DNA of 64,000 bases from an uncultured Spirochaetales bacterium (GTDB lineage Bacteria; Myxococcota_A; UBA9160; SMWR01): assembly GCA_964413375.1 (NCBI GenBank), contig CAYPSI010000235.1, forward strand, positions 8,982-72,981, read 5' to 3'. Below the pieces are notes generated by a model. That model did no database searches, was not told the origin of the DNA, and was given only the letters and a program-made list of their open reading frames with translations. The position numbers were made by a program, and so were the translations under genes. Positions 56,595-64,000 of the stretch are shown piece by piece (the first letter of the stretch is position 1; each line of letters opens with the position of its first letter).

Positions 56595-57617
56595 CTAGAG
56601 GGCCCGCCGCTGCGCATCGGCGATCTGAAAGGCTGCCGCGACCGCGTGGTCGAGGTCCTTGTAGATCCCGATCGGTCTGCGCTCGAGGTCCGCGAGGACC
56701 GACTCGGCCAATGGGGAGACGCCCGCCAGCAGCAGCTCGCCTCCCCGCGCCTCGATCGTCTCCAGCATGCGCTCGAGCGCCGCCGCGGCGAAGGCTTCGT
56801 CGAGGGGTGCACCCGCGAGGTCGAGCACGATCGCGCTGACTTCGCGGGCGCCGGGGTCGCTCCCGACCAGCTCGATCGCTGCGAGGGCCTCGTCGGGGCC
56901 GGTATAGGGTACCACCATCACGGGCCCCCAGATGTGGACGACGGCGGAGTCGCCCTCGCGCCCGGGTCGCTCGGGCTCCGCCGGAGCCGAGCTGCCCGCA
57001 GGTACTCGACCCAGCACGAGCTCGCGGAGCGCAGCGAAGGGGAGGGCCGCGAGGCCCCCGGCTGCCGCCGCGTCGCCGCCCTGCTGCCAGCTCTCGGCAT
57101 CGCGCACCTCGAAGCGACACGCCGGCGCGCCGGTCGCGGAGCAGCTCGTCTCGACCGCCAGCAGATCGGCGTCGAGCATTCCCGAGAGCCAGCCCGACGT
57201 GAAGCCGGCACTCACCGCGCACGCACCGCCCGTCGCCACGCCGACGGCTTCGAGATGCGCCGAGGCCTCGGCGCGCTCGGGCCAGGTGCCCTCGAGCGCG
57301 ATCGCCCCCGCGGCCATCGGCCCCTGCTTCACGCGCAGCTGGATCGCCAGCGGAGAGCTGCGAGCCCCGCCGAGCTCCGAGCCCTTCGAGGCGCTCGTCT
57401 CCTCGAGTACCCGCTGCGACTCGCGCAAGCCCTGGAGGAAGCCGATCTGGAGCAGCGTGGCAGGAGCCTCCTCGGGCCCGAGCTCCTCCCCGAGCTCCGC
57501 GTGGAGCGCGCCGAGGAAGTGCGGATCGAAGAGGAGACCGGCATCCCGCACCCAGAGGGCGTCCGGATCGAAGCCCAGGGCCTCGAGCGCGCGCTCCCGG
57601 GAGGGCACCGGCTTCAC
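56595..57617 (-). CDS. V4R (4-vinyl-reductase-like) plus STAS domain protein
   Basis: The GTG start is 4 nt after the upstream stop. The V4R-like segment is ACAVSAGFTSGWLSG..ETSCSATGAPACRFEV. The C-terminal RsbR/SpoIIAA-like STAS fold is VVPYTG..AIVLDLAG..LLLAGVSP. Confidence 0.7.
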   Translation of the reverse strand: MKPVPSRERALEALGFDPDALWVRDAGLLFDPHFLGALHAELGEELGPEEAPATLLQIGFLQGLRESQRVLEETSASKGSELGGARSSPLAIQLRVKQGPMAAGAIALEGTWPERAEASAHLEAVGVATGGACAVSAGFTSGWLSGMLDADLLAVETSCSATGAPACRFEVRDAESWQQGGDAAAAGGLAALPFAALRELVLGRVPAGSSAPAEPERPGREGDSAVVHIWGPVMVVPYTGPDEALAAIELVGSDPGAREVSAIVLDLAGAPLDEAFAAAALERMLETIEARGGELLLAGVSPLAESVLADLERRPIGIYKDLDHAVAAAFQIADAQRRAL

Positions 57618-57621
57618 GCGC

Positions 57622-58752
57622 CTAGCTCTCGATGAACTCATAGATGTCGAACTTCTGGTCCTTGCGGATGAACTGCTCGCCCTCATCCGACAGGATGCGG
57701 ACGCAGGCATCGACCACGAGCGGGTCGAACTGGCTGCCCGAGTACTTCGTGAGCTCCGTGTAGACATGGTCGAGGGGCAGGGCATTGCGGTAGGGGCGGT
57801 CGCTCGTCATCGCCTCCACCGTGTCCGCCACCAGGATGATTCGCGAGGGCAGGGGGATCTGGTCGCCGCGCAAGCGGGACGGGTAGCCCCGGCTGCTCCC
57901 GTCGTACCACTCGTGGTGGTGTCGCACGCAGGGCGCCACGTCGCGCAGGAAGTCGACGGGCTCGAGGATGCGGGCGCCGATCTCCGGGTGCGCCTTGATC
58001 TCCTCGTATTCCTCCGGGCTCAGGCGGTCCGGCTTGGTGATCACCGCATCGCGGATCCCGATCTTGCCGACGTCGTGCAGCAGCCCCGCGATGTACACCC
58101 GCTCGATGAACTCCTTCGCGAAGCCCATCTGGCGGGCGATCTTCGACGCGTACACGCCCACCCGCTCCGAGTGGCCCCGCGTGTAGGAGTCCTTCGCGTC
58201 GACCGCCTCGGCGAGGGCCCCGACGGTCTGCACGTAGGCCCTTCGCAGCTCCTGGTGCTTCGCGACCAGCTGCTTGGTGCGCTCTCGCACCTTGGACTCG
58301 AGATTCCGGTTCATGTCCTGGAGCCGGAAGTTCTGCTCGCGCGTGACCAGGTTCAGCCGCTTGATCTCGCTCTTGAGCTCCCAGTGGTCGAAGGCCTGGC
58401 GGATCGTCGCCCGCAGCTCGTCGTCGTTCCAGGGCTTCGTGATCAGGCGATAGATCTGGCCGCGATTGATCGCGTCCACGGCCACGTCCATCTCCGTGTA
58501 TCCGGTGAGCAGCATCCTGACGATCTCGGGCTGGCGCTCGCGGACCTTCGAGAGCAGGTCCACGCCGCTCATCTCCGGCATGCGCTGATCGGTGACGACG
58601 ACCTGGACGGCCGTGCGCTCGAGCATCTCGAGGGCCTCGGTCGCACGCGGGGCGCAAAGGACGTTCATCTCGTCGTGGCGCAGCAGACGCTGGAGCGCCT
58701 TCAGGATGTTGCCCTCGTCGTCGACGAAGAGGACCGTGTGCGCGTGTCGCAT
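57622..58752 (-). CDS. Response regulator with HD-GYP c-di-GMP phosphodiesterase domain
   Basis: The receiver domain is VLFVDDE..VVVTDQRMPEMSG..KPW. HD-GYP motifs are HSERV, LLHDVGK and HHEWYDGSSRGYP. Confidence 0.92.
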   Translation of the reverse strand: MRHAHTVLFVDDEGNILKALQRLLRHDEMNVLCAPRATEALEMLERTAVQVVVTDQRMPEMSGVDLLSKVRERQPEIVRMLLTGYTEMDVAVDAINRGQIYRLITKPWNDDELRATIRQAFDHWELKSEIKRLNLVTREQNFRLQDMNRNLESKVRERTKQLVAKHQELRRAYVQTVGALAEAVDAKDSYTRGHSERVGVYASKIARQMGFAKEFIERVYIAGLLHDVGKIGIRDAVITKPDRLSPEEYEEIKAHPEIGARILEPVDFLRDVAPCVRHHHEWYDGSSRGYPSRLRGDQIPLPSRIILVADTVEAMTSDRPYRNALPLDHVYTELTKYSGSQFDPLVVDACVRILSDEGEQFIRKDQKFDIYEFIES

Positions 58753-58800
58753 GCCACCCCCGACCCGGGGCTCCCGCCCACGAGCGTCGCGATTCCTTAC

Positions 58801-58815
58801 TCAAGTTGCGTGCCA
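58801..58815 (-). promoter_or_regulatory. Weak sigma54-like element upstream of the HD-GYP regulator gene
   Basis: The minus strand reads TGGCACGCAACTTGA. The -24 element is perfect but the -12 element reads TTGA rather than TTGC. It lies about 50 nt upstream of the ATG. Confidence 0.25.
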
Positions 58816-59140
58816 TGTCGAAGGCGATGCCCGCTGGCCGAGGGCGCGCGCGGGCTTGCGACTCGCGCTGCCGGCTCACTGCGCCTGCTGAAATGGTCCC
58901 GTCTCCGGGATCGAAGTCGGAAGCGCAGCGGAACGCAAGCGGCAGCTTGCCCGGGCGTTGCCGACGGAGCGCCGCAGCGCGCTTGCGCAGCGCGACGCGC
59001 GGGGCGGCGTGCGGGCACGCGAATTGTGCGCCTGCTCCCAGCTGCGCAGTGCTGGGGGTCCGCTGGCCATCCCGTGCGCGAGACTTCCCGCGGCCGGGAC
59101 GCCAGCGAAGTGCTCCGCCAGCCGGAGCGGAGTTCCGGGG

Positions 59141-60226
59141 CTACGCGCCGCCGAGCCCGAGGCGCTCGCGCCGATAGGAGCCGGCCTGCACCGTCTCGCA
59201 CCAGTCGCGATTCCCGAGGTACCAGCGCAGCGTCGCGGCGAGGCCCGACTCCAGATCGTGGGCGGGCCGCCAGCCGAGCTCCCTGCGCATCCGCCCCGCG
59301 TCGATCGCGTAGCGTCGATCGTGGCCCGGTCGATCCGACACGAAGCGCTTCAGCTGCTCGTAGTGCGCGACGCCGGCGGCGGCGAGTCGCGGGTTGCTGG
59401 CGGCGGGTACCAGCGCCTCGAGGCAGGCACAGATCCGATCGACCAGCGCCAGGTTGGTGCTCTCCTCGCCGGCGCCGATGTTGTAGCGCTCTCCGGGACT
59501 CCCGGCGGCGAGGACGCGCAGGATCCCCTCGCAGTGGTCCTCGACGTAGATCCAGTCCCTGACGTTCCCGCCGTCCCCGTAGACGGGAAGCTCCCGCCCC
59601 TCGAGGGCGTTCAGGATCATCAGCGGGACGAGCTTCTCGGGAAACTGGTAGGGGCCGTAGTTGTTCGAGCAGTGGGTGATGAGGGCCGGCAAGCCGTAGG
59701 TCGCGAAGTAGGCCCGCACCAGATGATCGGCTCCGGCCTTCGTGGCCGAATAGGGCGAGCGAGGATCGTAGGGGGTCGTCTCCGAGAAGGCGCCGGTGGC
59801 TCCGAGGGAGCCGTAGACCTCGTCGGTCGAGACGTGCAGGAAGCGGAAGCCGGCCCGAGCCGCCGCATCGAGGCCGGCCAGGTGCCGCCTCGCCGTCTCG
59901 AGCAGCGTAAAGACGCCGAGCAGGTTCGTCTGCACGAAGGCGGCCGGTCCGTCGATCGAGCGGTCGACGTGGGTCTCCGCGGCGAAGTTCAGGATCGCCG
60001 TCGGCCGGTGCTCGCGCAGCGTCTGCTCGATCGCCGAGCGGTCCGCGATGTCGGCTCGAACGAAGTGGAAGCGAGGGCTCGAGGCGACGTCCGCGAGACT
60101 CTCGAGGTTGCCGGCGTAGGTGAGCTTGTCGAGGACGACGATGCGCGCCGGCGTCCGGGCGAGTGCCAGGCGCACGAAGTTCGAGCCGATGAAGCCCGCG
60201 CCACCCGTGACGAGCCAGACGTCCAT
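59141..60226 (-). CDS. rfbB: dTDP-glucose 4,6-dehydratase
   Basis: VTGGAGFIGSNF, STDEVYG and YSATKAG (Y-x3-K) give an extended SDR typical of RfbB. Confidence 0.93.
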   Translation of the reverse strand: MDVWLVTGGAGFIGSNFVRLALARTPARIVVLDKLTYAGNLESLADVASSPRFHFVRADIADRSAIEQTLREHRPTAILNFAAETHVDRSIDGPAAFVQTNLLGVFTLLETARRHLAGLDAAARAGFRFLHVSTDEVYGSLGATGAFSETTPYDPRSPYSATKAGADHLVRAYFATYGLPALITHCSNNYGPYQFPEKLVPLMILNALEGRELPVYGDGGNVRDWIYVEDHCEGILRVLAAGSPGERYNIGAGEESTNLALVDRICACLEALVPAASNPRLAAAGVAHYEQLKRFVSDRPGHDRRYAIDAGRMRRELGWRPAHDLESGLAATLRWYLGNRDWCETVQAGSYRRERLGLGGA

Positions 60227-60232
60227 GCCTGC

Positions 60233-61162
60233 CTAGACGTAGTTTCCGGCCATGGGCACGGCGAGGCGGTCGCTCGTCTTGAGGAAGCGCCTCACCTCGT
60301 CCACGAAGTCCTGGGTGTCGGCGAGGCTGGCGGCCTCGGCGGCGGCCTCGCAGCGCGCCTTCCGGCGCAGCACGCCGTGCAGGATCCGCACCCAGTCGCC
60401 GGTAGCGGGAGCGCGGTGCTGTCCGACGACGCTGCGCCACTCGATCGCTCCGAAGAGGCGGTGGCCCGCGCGCTTCTCGGCCGCCTGCGCGTGGATCTGG
60501 AGCGCTGCGACGATGTCGTCCGGGAAGATCGGGGTCACCTCGACGATCCGTTCGAAGCGTCCCGGGTGCACGAAGGCGGGCCGCACCGTCTCGGGATGGC
60601 TGGTCGAGCCGACGACCAGCGTACCCTCGGCGGAGATCGTGCGATCGACGAGATCGAGGAGCAGATCCATCACCGGGCCGACCGGGAGATCCGGTCGGCG
60701 CGCGCCGATCTCGCGGGCCTGCGAGAACTCGAGCTCGTTGAAGAACACCGTGACCGGGGGCATCTCGGTGAGCACCTCCGACCAGCCGCTGAGCAGCTGA
60801 CCGACGTTCCCTCCGCGGTGGATCATCTCGATCACGAGGCGCGGAACGGCGACATCGAGGAAGGCGGTCTGGGTGAGCGACGCGAGCGCCTTCGCCAGCA
60901 GGCTCTTGCCGACCCCCTGACGCCCGATCAAGAGCAGCCCGGAGGGCGGGTAGGTGCCCCAACGCTCGTAGACCTCGGGGTTGGTCGCGCCGCAGGCGTA
61001 GGTCTGGATCTCCTCCTTGGGACTCTCGAGGCCGCCGATCTCGGCGAGATCGAAATCCGGCTGGGGCTCGACCGTGGTCGAGCGCGCCACGGGCTCGAGC
61101 TTGCGGGCGAAGCTCGTCCAGAGGTTCTGGGCCCGCTCCCGTTCGATCTCCCGGTCGTCCAT
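60233..61162 (-). CDS. AAA+ ATPase-like protein with degenerate Walker B
   Basis: I use the ATG at 61162. Walker A is GRQGVGKS. The Walker B position reads VFFNELE, Asn where the conserved Asp is expected. PGRFERIVEV is a sensor/Arg-finger-like segment. Confidence 0.7.
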   Translation of the reverse strand: MDDREIERERAQNLWTSFARKLEPVARSTTVEPQPDFDLAEIGGLESPKEEIQTYACGATNPEVYERWGTYPPSGLLLIGRQGVGKSLLAKALASLTQTAFLDVAVPRLVIEMIHRGGNVGQLLSGWSEVLTEMPPVTVFFNELEFSQAREIGARRPDLPVGPVMDLLLDLVDRTISAEGTLVVGSTSHPETVRPAFVHPGRFERIVEVTPIFPDDIVAALQIHAQAAEKRAGHRLFGAIEWRSVVGQHRAPATGDWVRILHGVLRRKARCEAAAEAASLADTQDFVDEVRRFLKTSDRLAVPMAGNYV

Positions 61163-61190
61163 GCCGGAAGTGTACCAGCCCGCCCCCGCT

Positions 61191-62660
61191 TCAGGCGAAG
61201 AAGTCGGCCATGCGGGAGTCGAGCGAGGCGGAGCGCGCCCGGGTCCGGGCCCAGTCGCGCAGCTCCTTGATGCGCTCCTCGAAGGTTTCGTAGAGCGGCA
61301 CCGTCTGCGTGAGAGCGTTGGCGATGTCGTCGCTGGTGACCTCGCGCGCGGTCGCAAAGGCCACGTGCAGTGCGGCCACGACGGCCTGCTCGAGCTCGGC
61401 TCCGGTCAGCCTTTCCGCCGATGCGGCGAGCTCCTCGAGGCGAAACTGCAGCGGGTCGCGCTGGTGCTTGCGCAGGTGGACCGCCAGGATCTCTGCGCGT
61501 TCGCGCTGGCTCGGCAGATCCACGAAGAAGAGCTCATCGAAGCGCCCCCGACGCAAGAGCTCGGGCGGCAGGCGGCTCACGTCGTTCGCGGTCGCGACGA
61601 CGAACACCGGCGCGCGCTTCTCCGCGAGCCAGGTCAGGAAGGAACCGAAGACGCGGCTCGAGCGGGCATCGCTCTCTGCGGCGGCGAAGCCCTTCTCGAT
61701 CTCGTCGATCCACAGCACCGCGGGCGCGATCGACTCGGCCACCTGGCTCGCCTCGCGCATCGCCGCCTCGGGGCTTCGCAGCGAGCTTCCGAAGGCTGCC
61801 GCGAGGTCGAGTCGAAGCAAGGGGAACTGCCATTCGCTGGCCACGGCCTTCGCACACAGCGACTTTCCGCAGCCCTGCACGCCGAGCAGCAGCAGGCCGC
61901 GCGGAGAGGGGAGTCCGAAGCGACGCGCCTCCTCGCCGAACGCGCGCCGCCGCTCGCCGAGCCAGCGCTTGAGCTCCCCGAGCCCACCGACATCGCCGAG
62001 CCCCTCCTCGGCGTCGTGGAAGGCGAGTGCCGGGGTTCGACGCAGCGCGCGGCGCTTGTCGCGCACGATCTCCGCCACTGCGGCGGCGTCGAGTGCACCC
62101 GACGCAGCGCAGGCCCGGCGCAGCACGCGCACCGCCTCCCCGGACGAGAGGCCGAGCGCGCCGCGCACAGCGGCATCGAGCAGCTCCGGGTCCACCGGAC
62201 CCGACTTCTCGGCGAGCTTCGCGAAGAGCCCGCGCAGCTCGGCGTGGCCGGGCAGCGGAAGCTCGAGGTGCGCCGCATCGCGTTGCAGCTCGAGCGGGAG
62301 CTCGAGGACCGGCCCCACGAGCACGACGGCCTGCCGCCGCGCGCCGAGCTCCGGCAGCAGATCGCGCAGCCGTCGCACGCCATGCGCATCGTCGAGCACG
62401 CGATGCGCGTCGAGCAGTGCGAAGAGCGCCGGCTCCCGGTGAGCGCTGATGGCCACGAGCCCCGCGTCGAGGCTCCCTGCGCCGAGGCCGCCCTCCGAGA
62501 GCCCCGAGGCCAGCGTCCAGCGCACGCAAGTGGCACCGGCCCCGGACGCGGCGCGCTCGAGCAGCGCCAGCGCGCGGTCCTCCTCGAAGGTCTCGAGAGC
62601 GATCAGCCGCCACCCCGAGCGGACGAGCGAGCGCAGCTCGTCGGCGCAGGCGGCGCTCAC
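61191..62660 (-). CDS. Ycf46/SpoVK-class AAA+ ATPase
   Basis: The GTG start overlaps the upstream stop (GTGA). N-terminal LIALETFEEDRAL is Ycf46-like. Walker A is GVQGCGKS, Walker B is VLWIDEIEK, and there is RRGRFDELFFVDLP. Confidence 0.85.
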   Translation of the reverse strand: MSAACADELRSLVRSGWRLIALETFEEDRALALLERAASGAGATCVRWTLASGLSEGGLGAGSLDAGLVAISAHREPALFALLDAHRVLDDAHGVRRLRDLLPELGARRQAVVLVGPVLELPLELQRDAAHLELPLPGHAELRGLFAKLAEKSGPVDPELLDAAVRGALGLSSGEAVRVLRRACAASGALDAAAVAEIVRDKRRALRRTPALAFHDAEEGLGDVGGLGELKRWLGERRRAFGEEARRFGLPSPRGLLLLGVQGCGKSLCAKAVASEWQFPLLRLDLAAAFGSSLRSPEAAMREASQVAESIAPAVLWIDEIEKGFAAAESDARSSRVFGSFLTWLAEKRAPVFVVATANDVSRLPPELLRRGRFDELFFVDLPSQRERAEILAVHLRKHQRDPLQFRLEELAASAERLTGAELEQAVVAALHVAFATAREVTSDDIANALTQTVPLYETFEERIKELRDWARTRARSASLDSRMADFFA

Positions 62661-64000
62661 TCGCTGTCCGCCGTGATGCGCAGGACCTCGGCAAAGGTCG
62701 TGATGCCCTCGGCGAGTCGGCGCACGGCCGCCTCGCGCAGGCTCTGCATGCCCTCGATCCGCGCCGCGTTGGCGATCTCGTTGGCGTCGCGGGCCTCGCA
62801 GACGAGCCCGCGGATGCGGCGGCCCACGTCGAGCATCTCGAAGACCGCAGTGCGCCCGAAGAGCCCCGTCTGGCGACATTCCGGGCAGCCCTCGCCCCAG
62901 CGCACCTTCAGGCTCTCGCGGCGCTCGATCGGCACCTTGAGGCCAAGCGCCGCGATCTGCTCGGGGTTGAGGGTTCCTTCGACTGCGCAGCGATCGCAGA
63001 TGCGCCGGATCAGGCGCTGTGCCACCACGCCGCGCAGCACGCTCGCGAGCAGGAAGCGTTCGACCCCGAGCTCGAGCAGCCGCGTGACCGCGCCGGCGGC
63101 GTTGCGGGTGTGGACGGTCGAGAAGACGAGGTGACCCGTGAGGGCGGCCTGCACCGCCATCTGGGCGGTCTCGGAGTCGCGGATCTCGCCCACCATGATG
63201 ACGTCCGGGTCCTGGCGCAGGATCGAGCGCAGCGCGCTCGCGAAGGTCACCGAGATGGCCGGCTGCACCTGCACCTGGCAGAAGCGCGAGTCCACGAGCT
63301 CGATCGGGTCCTCGACCGTGGTGACGTTGAGCTCGGGCCCCGCGAGGTAGCGAAGCGTCGAGTAGAGCGTCGTGGTCTTGCCGGATCCCGTCGGTCCGCT
63401 CACCAGGATCAGCCCGTTCGGGCTGGTGATCCAGCGCTCGAAGCGCTCCCGCTCGTCGTCGCTGAAGCCGAGCTCCTGCACGTCCGCGAGCAGCACGCTC
63501 GGGTCGAAGACGCGCACGACGATCTTCTCGCCGAAGGCGGTGGCGAGGCTCGAGACGCGAAGCTCCACCTCGCGGTCGGCCCGCTGCGTCTTGATCCGCC
63601 CGTCCTGCGGGCGCCGCCGCTCGGCGATGTTCATGCCGGCCATCACCTTGATGCGCGAGGTCACGGCGCCGTGCACGGTGTAGGGAAGGGTCTCGATGTC
63701 GTGCAGGATGCCGTCGATGCGGAAGCGCACCACGGCGTCGTCCTGGCGCGGCTCGAGGTGGATGTCCGAGGCGCGCTGCTCGTAGGCGTAGCCCAGCAGG
63801 TAGTCGACCGCGGCGATCACGTGCGCGTCGCTCGCGCTCGCCAGCTCGTCGTTCGAGCGCAGCTCGACCATCTGCACCAGCTTTCCGCTGCGCCGGTCGG
63901 GCCCGAGCTCGCGCTCGGCCTGGGAGATCTTGGAGCGGAAGCCGTAGACGCGGTCGATCACCGCGACGATGTCGGTCTTGGCCGAGACGACATAGCGCAG
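62657..64000 (-). CDS. GspE/PilB-family type II/IV secretion ATPase (5' end beyond window)
   Basis: Walker A GPTGSGKTT, Asp box VEDPIE, Walker B DVIMVGEIRD, His box GHLVFSTVHT and tetra-Cys CDRC..CPEC. The reading frame stays open upstream of the track start to the window edge. Confidence 0.9.
   Translation of the reverse strand: MRYVVSAKTDIVAVIDRVYGFRSKISQAERELGPDRRSGKLVQMVELRSNDELASASDAHVIAAVDYLLGYAYEQRASDIHLEPRQDDAVVRFRIDGILHDIETLPYTVHGAVTSRIKVMAGMNIAERRRPQDGRIKTQRADREVELRVSSLATAFGEKIVVRVFDPSVLLADVQELGFSDDERERFERWITSPNGLILVSGPTGSGKTTTLYSTLRYLAGPELNVTTVEDPIELVDSRFCQVQVQPAISVTFASALRSILRQDPDVIMVGEIRDSETAQMAVQAALTGHLVFSTVHTRNAAGAVTRLLELGVERFLLASVLRGVVAQRLIRRICDRCAVEGTLNPEQIAALGLKVPIERRESLKVRWGEGCPECRQTGLFGRTAVFEMLDVGRRIRGLVCEARDANEIANAARIEGMQSLREAAVRRLAEGITTFAEVLRITADSE

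Noticed and set aside
58753-59140. The 388-nt gap between rfbB and the HD-GYP gene considered for a small gene, an ncRNA or a degenerate fourth copy of the 74-bp repeat
   Set aside because: Both ORFs in the track (58806-59177 plus, 58876-59070 minus) translate to Arg/Ala/Ser-rich sequence without coding bias. The similarity of GGAAGCGCAGCGGAACGCAAGCGGCAGCTTGCCCGG to the repeat core needs several gaps and is not convincing. Only the weak sigma54-like element is reported.

Overview
The window is GC-rich: by eye about 70% G+C, with G/C at almost every third codon position. This composition produces many long shadow ORFs in the six-frame track. I chose frames by recognisable family motifs, third-position G/C bias, Shine-Dalgarno-like sequences and start/stop coupling. 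I call 65 protein-coding genes, one tRNA-Gly(CCC) and a small intergenic repeat family. No rRNA, CRISPR array, transposase, integrase or prophage is visible.

Gene content (bactofilin, DUF4388, Roadblock/LC7, many TPR proteins, Tad pilus) suggests a Myxococcota or deltaproteobacterium-like chromosome; this is inference only.

Main blocks, in order:
- 1-7121: aroK-aroB-[hypothetical]-[Roadblock/LC7]-aroQ, then a 1003-aa TPR protein and an ExeA/MshM-like AAA ATPase.
- 7208-9787: tRNA-Gly, a hypothetical protein, a DJ-1/PfpI protein and an NHL propeller.
- 9732-20345, minus strand: a complete 12-gene Tad/Flp pilus locus. It includes a 59-aa Flp pilin that is missing from the ORF track and is preceded by a good sigma54-type promoter.
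- 20641-25352: a Cys-rich small membrane protein, a kinase-like protein, a glycosyltransferase, AsnB and a hypothetical protein.
- 25421-31402: lptC-lptA-lptB-rpoN-ptsN-hprK(short)-rapZ-EIIA(Man)-ptsH.
- 31465-36679: metK, SpoIID-like, yajC-secD-secF.
- 36704-38941: bactofilin and an orphan TolC.
- 39108-45647: tightly coupled ispD-ispF-cysS-uvrB-uvrC.
- 45666-46827: a 74-bp repeat family bracketing a DUF4124/retropepsin-like protease gene.
- 46975-49902: a second, nearly identical sigma54 promoter in front of a small unknown protein and ComEC.
- 49935-55088: ordinary metabolic genes.
- 55101-58752, minus strand: response regulator-HD-GYP, V4R-STAS and DUF4388-J-domain-TPR genes.
- 59141-64000, minus strand: an operon of GspE/PilB-like ATPase, Ycf46-like AAA+, Walker-B-degenerate AAA+ and RfbB.

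The leads I consider most worth following are the paired sigma54 promoters linking flp and comEC, the inverted 74-bp repeats, the GspE-AAA-AAA-RfbB operon and the HD-GYP/V4R-STAS module. All family assignments come from motif recognition by eye. No database search was run.
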